Origin: Hyalangium minutum
Lineage (GTDB): Bacteria; Myxococcota; Myxococcia; Myxococcales; Myxococcaceae
Direction of reading: 5' to 3'
Length of the DNA: 124,000 nucleotides
NCBI RefSeq assembly: GCF_000737315.1
Contig: NZ_JMCB01000013.1
Coordinates: 20,001-144,000, forward strand
In this document: piece after piece, positions 89,789 through 99,366 of the stretch
Layout: every line of letters starts with the position of its first letter
Numbering within the stretch: position 1 is the first letter of the stretch
Translations under genes and position numbers: made by a program
The notes under the pieces: model-generated
What the model saw: the letters and a program-made list of their open reading frames with translations, nothing else
What the model was told of the DNA's origin: nothing
The model's database searches: none

Positions 89789-90667
89789 TCAGTGCATCGG
89801 TCCGGTGGGAGGCATGGGTTCGAAGACGATCAGCTGCGGGCTGTAGAGGAACCCTTCATCCGCGCGTGGCTGACGGAACTTCCACTGCAACTCTTCGTCC
89901 ACCAGCATGTCCCCCGCTTTGAATCGCACCCCCGTGGAGTGCATCGTGTCGAAGGTGCTCCTGAAGAGCCGATAGATGTTCCGGACATCCTGGTCTCTGT
90001 CGATGTGCAGGGCCAGGTCTGGCATGTTGAGCCGTGGGGCGCCGCAGGTGCGAACCCAGAGCCCTTCGTGGCCCTCCACCTGCAGTGTCACGAAGCCAAT
90101 AAACAAGGTCATCCACGGCAAGGTGCTCAGCACCTGCTCCAGCTCTTCTCCAGGCTGGGGAGCGAGCCGCACCACCGGACAGGAGGTGCACGCGTTCGGG
90201 TTCAGCACGACGGAGGCCCCCAAGGGCAGCAGCCCCACCGCGATCTTCGCCAGGGCTCGGTATTGCTCCAAGGGCGACCGCTCCTGGCCCTTGTAGATGA
90301 GGATGGCATGCGCGGTGTGCGCATGGGCCTGCTCCTTCCACGCATCTTCGTAGAGCAGCGCGGTGTTGACCGTCTGCTCCAGCAGGTCCGCGGGCGCGGG
90401 CACGCTCAGGAACCCCACATACACGGTGTGCTGTGCCCACTGCACCAGGGCCAGTTGCTCCATCAATCCCACGCTGGGGCCTTCGATGGGGATCCTCATC
90501 TCCACGCGGACGTGCGCCAGAGACGGGTGCACCTTCTGGAGCATGCGCGTGAAGGTGTCCGCGAAGGGCCAGACGGCGCGCGGGAACAAGACTTGAAGGT
90601 TCAAAGGCGGCTCTTGCTGGGAGGCAAGCGCCCTGTTCCTGGCTCGGAGTAACTTTCGAAGTCCCAC
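89789..90667 (-). CDS. DUF4261-like hypothetical protein
   Basis: C-terminal WVRTCG...MPDL and F..GD segments reminiscent of DUF4261. Confidence 0.55.
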   Translation of the reverse strand: MGLRKLLRARNRALASQQEPPLNLQVLFPRAVWPFADTFTRMLQKVHPSLAHVRVEMRIPIEGPSVGLMEQLALVQWAQHTVYVGFLSVPAPADLLEQTVNTALLYEDAWKEQAHAHTAHAILIYKGQERSPLEQYRALAKIAVGLLPLGASVVLNPNACTSCPVVRLAPQPGEELEQVLSTLPWMTLFIGFVTLQVEGHEGLWVRTCGAPRLNMPDLALHIDRDQDVRNIYRLFRSTFDTMHSTGVRFKAGDMLVDEELQWKFRQPRADEGFLYSPQLIVFEPMPPTGPMH

Positions 90668-90799
90668 GGATCCTCCCCATGAAGGCGGGCCGCTCGTGCC
90701 CCACCTGTTGGGTGGGGAGGAACGCAGAAATCACGCGCGAAGTCCAGGGGCAGAATCCGCTTCAAGGCGCTCTGGTGACCTGGGCTAGAGTCCGCGCCC

Positions 90800-91561
90800 G
90801 TGGAACGGCGACTCGAAGGCAAGCGCGTCCTGGTCACGCGCCCGAAAGAGCGGGTGGAAGAGCTGTGCTTCCTCCTGGAGGACGAGGGTGCGGAGGTGCT
90901 CAGCCTCCCCTTGCTGGAGTTGCGTCCTCCCGAGGATCCCCGGCCGCTCATGGCCGCTGCGGAGTCCATTCAGCGCTACCGGTGGGTGGTGTTCGCCAGC
91001 CCCTCGGCTGTGGAGGCGTTGATGGAGGCCTTGCGCGAGGCGGGCACGGCGGACCTCATGGGCCGCGTGCGCGTGGCGGCGGTGGGGCCACGCACGGCCC
91101 GTGTGGCCGAGAGCTACGGCTTGAAGGTGGCCGCCGAGCCCACCGAGTCCACGGGCCTGGGGCTCTTCGAGGCGCTCCGGTCCGAGCTTCACCCGGACGA
91201 CGAGGTGCTCCTGCCCGCCGCCGAGGAGGGGCGCCGCGAGCTGGAGCTGGCGCTGCGTGAGCAAGGCGTGCGTGTCACCCGGGTGACGGCGTACCGGACC
91301 ACGCCCGCCGCGTTGCCTCCCGAGGCCCAGGAGCTGCTGCGCACCGCTCCGCCGGACGTGGTGCTCTTCGCCTCGCCGCGCACGGTGGAGGTGTTCCTGG
91401 AGGCCGCCGGCCGCGAGCGGCTGGAGCAGGCCCGGGTGGTGGCCATTGGCCCGACGACTGCGGGCGCGCTGGCCCGGCTGGGCATCGAGGTGGCTGCGGT
91501 GGCCGAGCAGCCCACCCCTGAAGGGCTCGTGGACGCCGCGAGCCGAGCCATTCACGGGTAA
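90800..91561 (+). CDS. hemD: Uroporphyrinogen-III synthase
   Basis: VLVTRP, FASPSAV, AVGPRTA, AYRT, AIGPTTA. Confidence 0.93.
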   Translation: MERRLEGKRVLVTRPKERVEELCFLLEDEGAEVLSLPLLELRPPEDPRPLMAAAESIQRYRWVVFASPSAVEALMEALREAGTADLMGRVRVAAVGPRTARVAESYGLKVAAEPTESTGLGLFEALRSELHPDDEVLLPAAEEGRRELELALREQGVRVTRVTAYRTTPAALPPEAQELLRTAPPDVVLFASPRTVEVFLEAAGRERLEQARVVAIGPTTAGALARLGIEVAAVAEQPTPEGLVDAASRAIHG

Positions 91562-91573
91562 GCTGGGGCCACC

Positions 91574-92119
91574 ATGGGTTCTCTCCGCCTCCTCGGGCTG
91601 ATGATCGTTCTCGGCCTGCCTGCGCTCGCCGGGGCCTCGGGTCTGCCCCCGCAGACGCTGGCCGAGCTGGCCGGGCCATCGGATCGGATCGTCCTCGCGC
91701 GCGTGGTGGACCAGCGCGTCAATGTGCCAAATGGCAACGTGAGACAGATGACCACCATCTCCCGGTTGGAGGTGCTGGAGGAGTACCGTGGGCAGGGACC
91801 GCGCGCGCTGGAGCTGGTGCAGCTGGGCGGACGCAGCGGCTTGTGGGAGTCGCACCTGGCGGGAGATGCGAAGATCGCCGCGGGAGAGACGGCGCTGATG
91901 TTCCTCCGCTGCCCGGATCCGAAGGCGGTGGAGCGGTGCGTGCTGGTAGGGCAGGGCGCCGGGAAGCACACGGTGACGGAGGGCGCCCAGGGGCGGCGGG
92001 AGGTGGAGCTCACCGCGCGGGTGAAGGGCGGCCCGGTCCGGCGGTCCTTGGATGAAGTCGTGGACGAGATCCGGCGGGCGACTCTGCCCCCGGCGCAGCA
92101 GGAGAGGGGCAAGCGATGA
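91574..92119 (+). CDS. Exported partner protein of the downstream metalloprotease
   Basis: Signal peptide; SDRIVLARV; 4-nt overlap with the next gene. Confidence 0.75.
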   Translation: MGSLRLLGLMIVLGLPALAGASGLPPQTLAELAGPSDRIVLARVVDQRVNVPNGNVRQMTTISRLEVLEEYRGQGPRALELVQLGGRSGLWESHLAGDAKIAAGETALMFLRCPDPKAVERCVLVGQGAGKHTVTEGAQGRREVELTARVKGGPVRRSLDEVVDEIRRATLPPAQQERGKR

Positions 92120-93897
92120 ACCGCAAGCTGCAACGGATGGCAGTGCTCGCGATGATGGCCTGGAGTGCCACGGCCTCCGCGCAGCAGTACGAGTATCTCG
92201 GCTTCAAGATGCTCAACAACCGGGACTACCCGTTCGCCTATTACCTGGACTCGCGCGCCAGCAACCCGGCGGGCATTGCCCTCTCGCAGGTGGAGGCCGC
92301 CACCACCGCGGCCTTCCAGACCTGGGAGAACGTGGCCTGTGCGTACCCGGATTTCCAATACAAGGGCTACAGCAGCACGGCCGCGATCCCGGATGTGCGC
92401 AGCACCACGGACGCGTTCAACGTCAGCACCATCTGGATCACCAGCTCGGCCGACCCCTACTACAACACGGCGCTCGCGGGCGGGAACTCGCCTTCCGGCT
92501 CTGTCCCGCTCACCTACGCGGGCTACCTCTACCAGTGTGACATCTTCATCAACGCGGTGACCTTCCGGTGGACGACGCTGGCCGGCACGGATCCACGCGA
92601 CAACTTCCGCGATCTGCAGACGGCGCTGACACATGAGGTGGGCCACTGCATGGGGCTCGGGGATGCGTACGCGCCCAACTCGGCGGTGATGTACCCGGAG
92701 TTCCCGGCGGGCCAGACCAAGCGCGTGCTCGATGCCCAGGACGTGACGCAGGTCTGCAGCTACCTGCCGGAGGACGGAGCGGTGGGCTCGCCGTGCTCGG
92801 ACAGCGATCCGTGTACCAACGGCCTCGCCTGCATCCCCTACAACAGCGGCAACGTGTCCTATAAGTACTGCTCCAAGGGCTGCACCGGCAACGATCCAGC
92901 CGAGTGCCCCAGCCCGTTCGTGTGCCAGACGTCCTCGGCCGTCGCTGGCTCCACGAAGGCCTGCCTCGCCGTCCCCAACCAGGCGGTGACGCAGGTGGGC
93001 AAGGAGTGCGGCACCAACGCGCAGTGTGGCTCGGCCGTGGCCATCTGCAAGACGCCCGAGCAACTGCCCTCTGGGGGGACCGCCTGGGTGGATGGCTACT
93101 GCCAGCAGGGGTGCAACGCGGGCTCCTCGGCCAGCACCTGCCCGGCGGGCTCGGTGTGCGTCAACACGAGCGCGGGCACGGATGATAGCTGCCTCAAGCG
93201 GTGCCGGCCCGGCACGGGCGACTGCCGCGCGGGCTACACCTGCTCGCCACTGGCCGAGGGAGATGCCTGCGTCCCCAACTGCTACAACGACTTGGACTGC
93301 AATGGCGGCACGACGGCCACCAACTATATCTGCCGCACGTGCGATCACGTCTGCATCGAGAACAAGCAGACGGGGCGCTCCGTGGGAGACGGGTGCCAGC
93401 GCAGCGAGGAGTGCGGCCCGGGGCAGATCTGCCTCTTCATCAACAACCACCCGGAGGGCATCTGCTCGCAGCCGTGCTCCACCGCGGCGTGTGGCTGCCC
93501 CGGGGGCTCCACGTGCAAGCAGGTGGGACCGGACCTCATGTGCATGAGGGACTGCGCCGCGGGCACCTGCGCCAGCCCGGCGCAGTGCAACCCCGTGGGC
93601 TCCACGTACTCGTGCACGGCCCGGTGCCGCACGCGCAATGACTGCCCCACGGGCTTCGAGTGCTATCCGGAGGGCTGCATCGATCCCACGAAGGTCCCGG
93701 ATGCGGGCTGCACGCTCTGCGGCACCGATGCCGGAACGAACCCGCCTCCGCCTCCGCCTCCGGATGGTGGCACGGGAGGGGGAGATGGAGGCCCCGGCGG
93801 GTGTGGCTGCGGCCAGGCCCCCACGTCGGCGATGCTGCTGTCGGCGCTCGCGCTGCTGCTGGTCGCTGGAGGTCGCCGCTCTTGGCCTCGCCGGTAA
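92116..93897 (+). CDS. Matrixin-like metzincin with Cys-rich repeats and MYXO-CTERM tail
   Basis: HEVGHCMGLGD, AVMYP Met-turn, GCGCG-TM-RR C-terminus. Confidence 0.85.
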   Translation: MNRKLQRMAVLAMMAWSATASAQQYEYLGFKMLNNRDYPFAYYLDSRASNPAGIALSQVEAATTAAFQTWENVACAYPDFQYKGYSSTAAIPDVRSTTDAFNVSTIWITSSADPYYNTALAGGNSPSGSVPLTYAGYLYQCDIFINAVTFRWTTLAGTDPRDNFRDLQTALTHEVGHCMGLGDAYAPNSAVMYPEFPAGQTKRVLDAQDVTQVCSYLPEDGAVGSPCSDSDPCTNGLACIPYNSGNVSYKYCSKGCTGNDPAECPSPFVCQTSSAVAGSTKACLAVPNQAVTQVGKECGTNAQCGSAVAICKTPEQLPSGGTAWVDGYCQQGCNAGSSASTCPAGSVCVNTSAGTDDSCLKRCRPGTGDCRAGYTCSPLAEGDACVPNCYNDLDCNGGTTATNYICRTCDHVCIENKQTGRSVGDGCQRSEECGPGQICLFINNHPEGICSQPCSTAACGCPGGSTCKQVGPDLMCMRDCAAGTCASPAQCNPVGSTYSCTARCRTRNDCPTGFECYPEGCIDPTKVPDAGCTLCGTDAGTNPPPPPPPDGGTGGGDGGPGGCGCGQAPTSAMLLSALALLLVAGGRRSWPRR

Positions 93898-95705
93898 CCG
93901 CCACCAGCCGCTCCCAGGCGGACTTCAGCACGATGTTCGTGCTCGAGGCGCTCGTCCATCAGGGCCTGCTCACCGCGCAGCAGGCCCAGGAGATCCTCGC
94001 GCGCGAGTCCGCCGCCCGCGCCCGCGTCCTCAAGGCCAAGGCGCAGGGCGGCTCCAAGGAGGCGGCACGCTATGACGTGTCGCCGGTGGAGCTCATCGCG
94101 GCCTTCCAGGTGCCGCTGTCCGAGGGCCGCGGCGTGCTGGACGAGGATCGGGTGACGGAGGCGGCCGCTCGCGCCGCCGGCATGCCGTACCGGAAGATCG
94201 ACCCGCTCAAGCTGGACATGGCGCTGGCCACGCGTACGGTGTCCCGGCCCTTCGCGCAGAAGCACGCGCTGCTGCCGCTGGAGCGCACGCAGCAGGGGCG
94301 GCTCGTGGTGGCGGTGGCCAACCCGTTCGATCGCGAGCTGTTCGAGAACCTCTACCGGCTGGCGGGTCTGCCCATCGAGCCGGTGCTGTCGTCCAAGTCG
94401 GACATCCTCAAGTCCATCACGGAGATCTACGGTTTCAAGAAGACGCTGGCGCGCGCGGCGGATGACTTCGCCACCGGGCCGTCGGTCGCCAACTTCGAGC
94501 AGCTGGTGTCGCTCAGCGGCACGCAAGAGCTGGACGCGGGCGACAAGCCAGTGGTGCAGGCGGTGGACTACCTGCTGCGCTACGCCTTCGACAACCGCGG
94601 GTCGGATATCCACATCGAGCCCAAGCGCGCCCAGTCGCACGTGCGTCTGCGCATCGACGGCGTGCTGCACACCGTCTACACCCTGCCGGCGGGGGTCCAC
94701 GCGCCCATCGTCTCGCGCGTGAAGATGCTCTCGCGCATGGACATCTCCGAGAAGCGCAAGCCGCAGGACGGCCGCATCAAGACAGAGCGCGAGGGCCGCG
94801 AAGTGGAGCTCCGCGTCTCCACGCTGCCCACTGCGTTCGGCGAGAAGGTGGTCATCCGTATCTTCGATCCGGAGACGCTGGTGCAGGACATTGCCCAGCT
94901 GGGCTTCGAGCCGGATGAGAAGGATTCATTCGAGTCCTGGATCGACCAGCCGCACGGGCTCATCCTGGTGACGGGCCCCACGGGCAGCGGCAAGACGACG
95001 ACGCTGTACTCGGCGCTGAAGGCGGTGGCGGGCCCGGACGTGAACGTCACCACGATCGAGGATCCGATCGAAATGGTGTGGGAGGGCTTCAACCAGGTGC
95101 AGGTTCAGCCCAAGGTGGGCTTGGACTTCGCCGGGGCGCTGCGCCACATCCTCCGCCAGGACCCGGACGTCATCATGGTGGGCGAGATCCGTGACGCGGA
95201 GACGGCGGAGAACGCCATTCAGTCCGCGCTCACGGGCCACCTGGTGCTCTCCACGCTGCACACCAACGACGCGATCGGCGCCGTGGCGCGCATGAAGGAT
95301 CTCGAGGTGCCGGCGTTCCTGCTCTCGCAGAGCCTCGTGGGGCTGATGGCCCAGCGCCTGCTGCGGCGCAACTGTGTCCATTGCGTACAGGAGACCACGC
95401 TGACGCCGGACGAGCTGACGTCGCTGATGGTGCCCATTCCGCTGCTGCCTGGAGGCGTGAGGCTGCTCAAGGGCGCGGGATGTGTGCGTTGCCGGGGCAC
95501 AGGCTATTTCGGACGTACGGGAGTCTTTGAAATCGTCAGCATCAACGCGGAGCTGAAGGACCTCATCAACCGTGGTGCGACGCACTACGAGCTGGTGGAG
95601 GCGGCTCGGCGCGCAGGGATGCGCACCCTTCGGGAGGCGGGTGTGCGCAAACTCGCGCAAGGACTCACCACCTTTGAAGAGGTGATGCGAATGACGGCTG
95701 TCTGA
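93882..95705 (+). CDS. GspE/PilB-family secretion ATPase
   Basis: GPTGSGKT, TIEDPIE, LRQDPDVIMVGEIRD, CxxC pairs; TTG start with GGAGG RBS. Confidence 0.93.
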   Translation: MASPVTATSRSQADFSTMFVLEALVHQGLLTAQQAQEILARESAARARVLKAKAQGGSKEAARYDVSPVELIAAFQVPLSEGRGVLDEDRVTEAAARAAGMPYRKIDPLKLDMALATRTVSRPFAQKHALLPLERTQQGRLVVAVANPFDRELFENLYRLAGLPIEPVLSSKSDILKSITEIYGFKKTLARAADDFATGPSVANFEQLVSLSGTQELDAGDKPVVQAVDYLLRYAFDNRGSDIHIEPKRAQSHVRLRIDGVLHTVYTLPAGVHAPIVSRVKMLSRMDISEKRKPQDGRIKTEREGREVELRVSTLPTAFGEKVVIRIFDPETLVQDIAQLGFEPDEKDSFESWIDQPHGLILVTGPTGSGKTTTLYSALKAVAGPDVNVTTIEDPIEMVWEGFNQVQVQPKVGLDFAGALRHILRQDPDVIMVGEIRDAETAENAIQSALTGHLVLSTLHTNDAIGAVARMKDLEVPAFLLSQSLVGLMAQRLLRRNCVHCVQETTLTPDELTSLMVPIPLLPGGVRLLKGAGCVRCRGTGYFGRTGVFEIVSINAELKDLINRGATHYELVEAARRAGMRTLREAGVRKLAQGLTTFEEVMRMTAV

Positions 95706-95753
95706 AGTCCCGGGGGTCGGAGCCCCGGATGGCTTGTAGTAAAATGCAAGCGT

Positions 95754-97709
95754 ATGAGCTCCGAATCCCTGGCAGCCAGCGGTCCTCAGGTTCCCGTGGT
95801 GCTGGTGAACATGCCATTCGGGCCTCTGCAGACGCCTTCGATGGGGCTGAGCCTGCTCAAGCCGGCCTTGAAGGCCGCGGGCATCGAGAGCCACGTCTTC
95901 TACTTCCACCTCCGCTTCGCCCAGCAGTTCGGCGTCAGTCTCTACACCGCCATCTCCGGGAACTACTCGGGGGTGACGGACCTCACGGGGGACTGGCTGT
96001 TCTCGCATGCGCTGTACGAGGCCAAGCCCGATGACACCCAGCGCTACCTCTCCACCGTCATGCGGCGGAGGCGCCCGGACCAGGAGCTGGGGTGGGCGGA
96101 GCTGGAGGGCTACATCGCGGAGTTGCTGATTGCTCGCGTGGGCATCTCCGCCTTCGTGGATGAGTGTGTAGAGGCCATTCTGCAGACTGGCGCGCGCGTG
96201 GTGGGCTTCACGAGCGTCTACCAGCAGAACGTGGCGGCGCTCGCGGTCGCGCAGAGGCTCAAGCGCCGGCGCCCGGAGCTCCTCACGGTGTTTGGCGGCG
96301 CGAACTTCGAGGGCATCACGGGCCGCGAGCAGTTCGAGCGCTTTCCCTTCATCGACGTCGTCTTCTCGGGCGAGTCGGAGCAGCGGTTCCCGTGGGTGGT
96401 GGAGCGCCTGCTGCGCGGCGAGCGGCTGGGCAAGCTCGTGGGCGTGCTGGCGCGAGAGCACCTCGCAGGAGGCCCCAGCTTCCCGGGGAGCGGGGACACG
96501 ATGCTCCGCGAGATGGACCGGCTGCCGGTGCCAGACTTCTCGGACTTCTTCACGCAGTGGGCGGAGGCCCGGCTGGAGGGCGCTCCAAAGCCGGTGGTGC
96601 CCTTCGAGACGTCGCGGGGCTGCTGGTGGGGGCAGAAGCAGCACTGCACCTTCTGTGGCTTGAACGGCGAGTCCATGGCGTACCGGAGCAAGTCACCGGA
96701 GCGCGCCCTCTCGGAGTTCATCCAGGTGACGGAGGCGCATCCCGGCTGCCAGGTGGTGGTGGTCGATAACATCCTGGACATGAAGTACTTCAAGTCCTTC
96801 ATCCCGGCGCTGGGCGCTCGCTCCAACCCGGTGGACATCTTCTACGAGGTGAAGGCCAACCTGACCCACGAGCAGGTCCGGCTGCTGCGCGCCGCGCGCG
96901 TTATGGAGCTGCAACCCGGCATCGAGAGCCTGAGCGATCAGGTGCTGCGACTCATGCGCAAGGGCGTGACGGGGATGCAGAACCTGCAGCTGATGAAGTG
97001 GTGCAAGGAGTACGGCATCAACGTGCTCTGGAGCGTGCTCTGGGGCTTCCCGGGCGAGGAGCCCGGGGAGTACGCGCGGATGACGGAGCTGGTCCCGCTG
97101 GTGACCCACCTGGCGCCACCCATCGCGGGGATCTCCATTCTCCTGGAGCGCTTCTCCCCGAACTTCAACGAGGCCCAGGCGCGAGGGTTCAAGAACGTCC
97201 GGCCCGCCCCCGCGTACTCCTTCATCTACGACTTGCCGGAGTCCGCGCTCCACAACATGGCGTACTTCTTCTCCTACGAGTACGAGGACGGCCGGAACGT
97301 CCCGTCCTACGTGCAGACGCTGAACAAGCGCATCTGGGAGTGGAAGGCCGAGTACAGCACCTCGGCCCTGTACTCGCTGGACAAGGGAGATCACCTGCGG
97401 ATCGTCGACCGGAGGAAGGTGGCTCCCAGCCCCTCCCTGATTCTGCAGGGCGCCGAGCGATGGGCCCTGCTGGCCTGCGACGCGGTGACGTCCGTGCAGG
97501 CGCTGAAGGAGCGCTACCAGGAGCAGGACCCCCTGGCGCAGGGCTGGGACCCGCTGGAGACCGTGCTGGCGAGCCTCGTGGAGGCCAAGCTGGTGCTCAC
97601 CGATGGCAAGCACTACCTCGGCCTGCCTGTCGCCGTGACTCAGGATCCGCTGGCCGCGCCTGTGCCATTCATGGACGCGCTGGGGGAGCCCGTTCCGTCG
97701 GCGGCGTGA
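95754..97709 (+). CDS. B12-binding radical SAM enzyme of the RiPP-maturation family (TIGR03975-like)
   Basis: VNMPF...PSMGLSLLK; ETSRGCWWGQKQHCTFCGLNG; QPGIES; MKWC. Confidence 0.88.
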   Translation: MSSESLAASGPQVPVVLVNMPFGPLQTPSMGLSLLKPALKAAGIESHVFYFHLRFAQQFGVSLYTAISGNYSGVTDLTGDWLFSHALYEAKPDDTQRYLSTVMRRRRPDQELGWAELEGYIAELLIARVGISAFVDECVEAILQTGARVVGFTSVYQQNVAALAVAQRLKRRRPELLTVFGGANFEGITGREQFERFPFIDVVFSGESEQRFPWVVERLLRGERLGKLVGVLAREHLAGGPSFPGSGDTMLREMDRLPVPDFSDFFTQWAEARLEGAPKPVVPFETSRGCWWGQKQHCTFCGLNGESMAYRSKSPERALSEFIQVTEAHPGCQVVVVDNILDMKYFKSFIPALGARSNPVDIFYEVKANLTHEQVRLLRAARVMELQPGIESLSDQVLRLMRKGVTGMQNLQLMKWCKEYGINVLWSVLWGFPGEEPGEYARMTELVPLVTHLAPPIAGISILLERFSPNFNEAQARGFKNVRPAPAYSFIYDLPESALHNMAYFFSYEYEDGRNVPSYVQTLNKRIWEWKAEYSTSALYSLDKGDHLRIVDRRKVAPSPSLILQGAERWALLACDAVTSVQALKERYQEQDPLAQGWDPLETVLASLVEAKLVLTDGKHYLGLPVAVTQDPLAAPVPFMDALGEPVPSAA

Positions 97710-97751
97710 CCCCGGCGGCATGCGCTCGCCGAGGCCCCACCGAGCCGCGCC

Positions 97752-99287
97752 TTAGAAGCGCGCCTGGAGCAGCGTGTTGAAGCCGAGCGCGTGCGGCTCC
97801 TCGAAGCGCGGCTGCGCCACGCCCGTCACGTCATCCCGGAACGTCGTCCGGTTGTTGTCGTAGGTGTAATAGACCTCGCCCACCGCGGCGACCGTCTCCG
97901 ACAAGTCCCACCGGAAGGTGGCCTTCGCCGACAGGATCGGCTCCGCCTTGCACGCCGCGTTGGACGCGCCGCACGTCTCCGGGAGGATGCTGAGCTGGTT
98001 CACGTCGCGCACCACCACCGTGCGCGTGCCCGTCAGGCCCGGGGGAGGGTTGTTGCCGCCGCCCAGGAACTCGGGGCTGCGGTAGGAGGCGGGCTGCTGC
98101 ACGCCGACGATGAAGCCCGGCGTGAAGTGCCAGTTCGGCAGGTAGTAGTCCGCGCCGGCCGCGATGAACATCTCCGGCTTGAGCTGTGTGCCCTCGGGGA
98201 AGTCACGGAACGGCGGCAGGCCCGGCACCTCGAACTGGATGAAGGACAGGCTGCGGTACAGCCCCAGCAGGTGCATGCGCCAGTTGTTCCACTTGGCCCG
98301 CGCCTGCAGCGCCACCGCCGTGGCCCCCTGCGGCACCGTGCGCGCGAACACGTCCGGATCCTCCAGCGTCTGCGTCAGGTAGCTGCCCTCGAGCGACACG
98401 GAGTAGGAGAGCCCGCCCGGGTACGTCTCTGGCGCGAAGAAGCGCTGGTAGACGTCGGGATCGTTCCGGTACAGCCGGAAGTCCACGCTCGTGCCCACCG
98501 GCACGCCCACGTGGTACACGGCCTGCGCGGACAGGCCCGCCGAGTTCACCGGCGCCCGGATGCCCTGGTTGGCCAGGCCCGGGATGATGCCCTTCTGGAA
98601 GTAGCCGCCACCGGCCTCCAGCCGCAGCGTCTCCAGAATGTCCACGCCCGCGCCGCCCATCAGGCCGTAGAGCGTCTCCTTCTCCAAAATCAAGTCGTTG
98701 AGCACCAGCGACGTCTTGCCGCCCAGGTACGCGTACCAACGGTCCCGGGTAACCTGCAGCTTCACGCCCGGCACGCCCTCGGCCGCGGCGCGGTTGGTGA
98801 AGACGCCGCTGCCGCCCCACGAGATGCGGTACGCATACCCGAGCCGGAAGCGATCCGCGGAAACCGGGAAGCCGGTGAGCGAGATGCCCTCCTTCTCGCC
98901 CCAGCCCGGCGGGGTGTAGTTGAGCCGGATGTAGCTGGAGTTGTCACGCAAGGTGACGCCGCCCGAGGGCTGCTCCAGCACGAGGATCGTCAGCGCGGCC
99001 TCGGTGGTGAGCCCCTCGAAGAACGCGGGCATGCGCTTGTAGAGCACCAGGTTCGACAGCGTCTCGAAGCCCGAGAAGCGCGTGTTGAAGTTGTCGTAGA
99101 ACTGGGTGTTCTGGTTGCCCGCGCCGAAGCGCGCGTTGGGGCTGTTGGGCGTCGTCTCGCCAGCGCCCGCCAGGACGTTGTCGTCCGCGAACACGAAGGA
99201 CAGGCGGGTATCGACGAAGTCACCGGCCCAGGCGGGCACACCAAGGAGCAACAGCCCAGTCAGGGCCAGGGTAGGCAGCGTTTTCAA
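97752..99287 (-). CDS. Putative outer-membrane beta-barrel protein
   Basis: Signal peptide (TTG start with GGAGG), amphipathic strands, C-terminal Phe. Confidence 0.72.
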   Translation of the reverse strand: MKTLPTLALTGLLLLGVPAWAGDFVDTRLSFVFADDNVLAGAGETTPNSPNARFGAGNQNTQFYDNFNTRFSGFETLSNLVLYKRMPAFFEGLTTEAALTILVLEQPSGGVTLRDNSSYIRLNYTPPGWGEKEGISLTGFPVSADRFRLGYAYRISWGGSGVFTNRAAAEGVPGVKLQVTRDRWYAYLGGKTSLVLNDLILEKETLYGLMGGAGVDILETLRLEAGGGYFQKGIIPGLANQGIRAPVNSAGLSAQAVYHVGVPVGTSVDFRLYRNDPDVYQRFFAPETYPGGLSYSVSLEGSYLTQTLEDPDVFARTVPQGATAVALQARAKWNNWRMHLLGLYRSLSFIQFEVPGLPPFRDFPEGTQLKPEMFIAAGADYYLPNWHFTPGFIVGVQQPASYRSPEFLGGGNNPPPGLTGTRTVVVRDVNQLSILPETCGASNAACKAEPILSAKATFRWDLSETVAAVGEVYYTYDNNRTTFRDDVTGVAQPRFEEPHALGFNTLLQARF

Positions 99288-99366
99288 ACTTCCCTCCAAG
99301 GACGCGGCCGGATGGCCGCGCCTCCCAAAGCCCCGTTGCCAGGGCATGCTTCAAATCAAGAGATGA

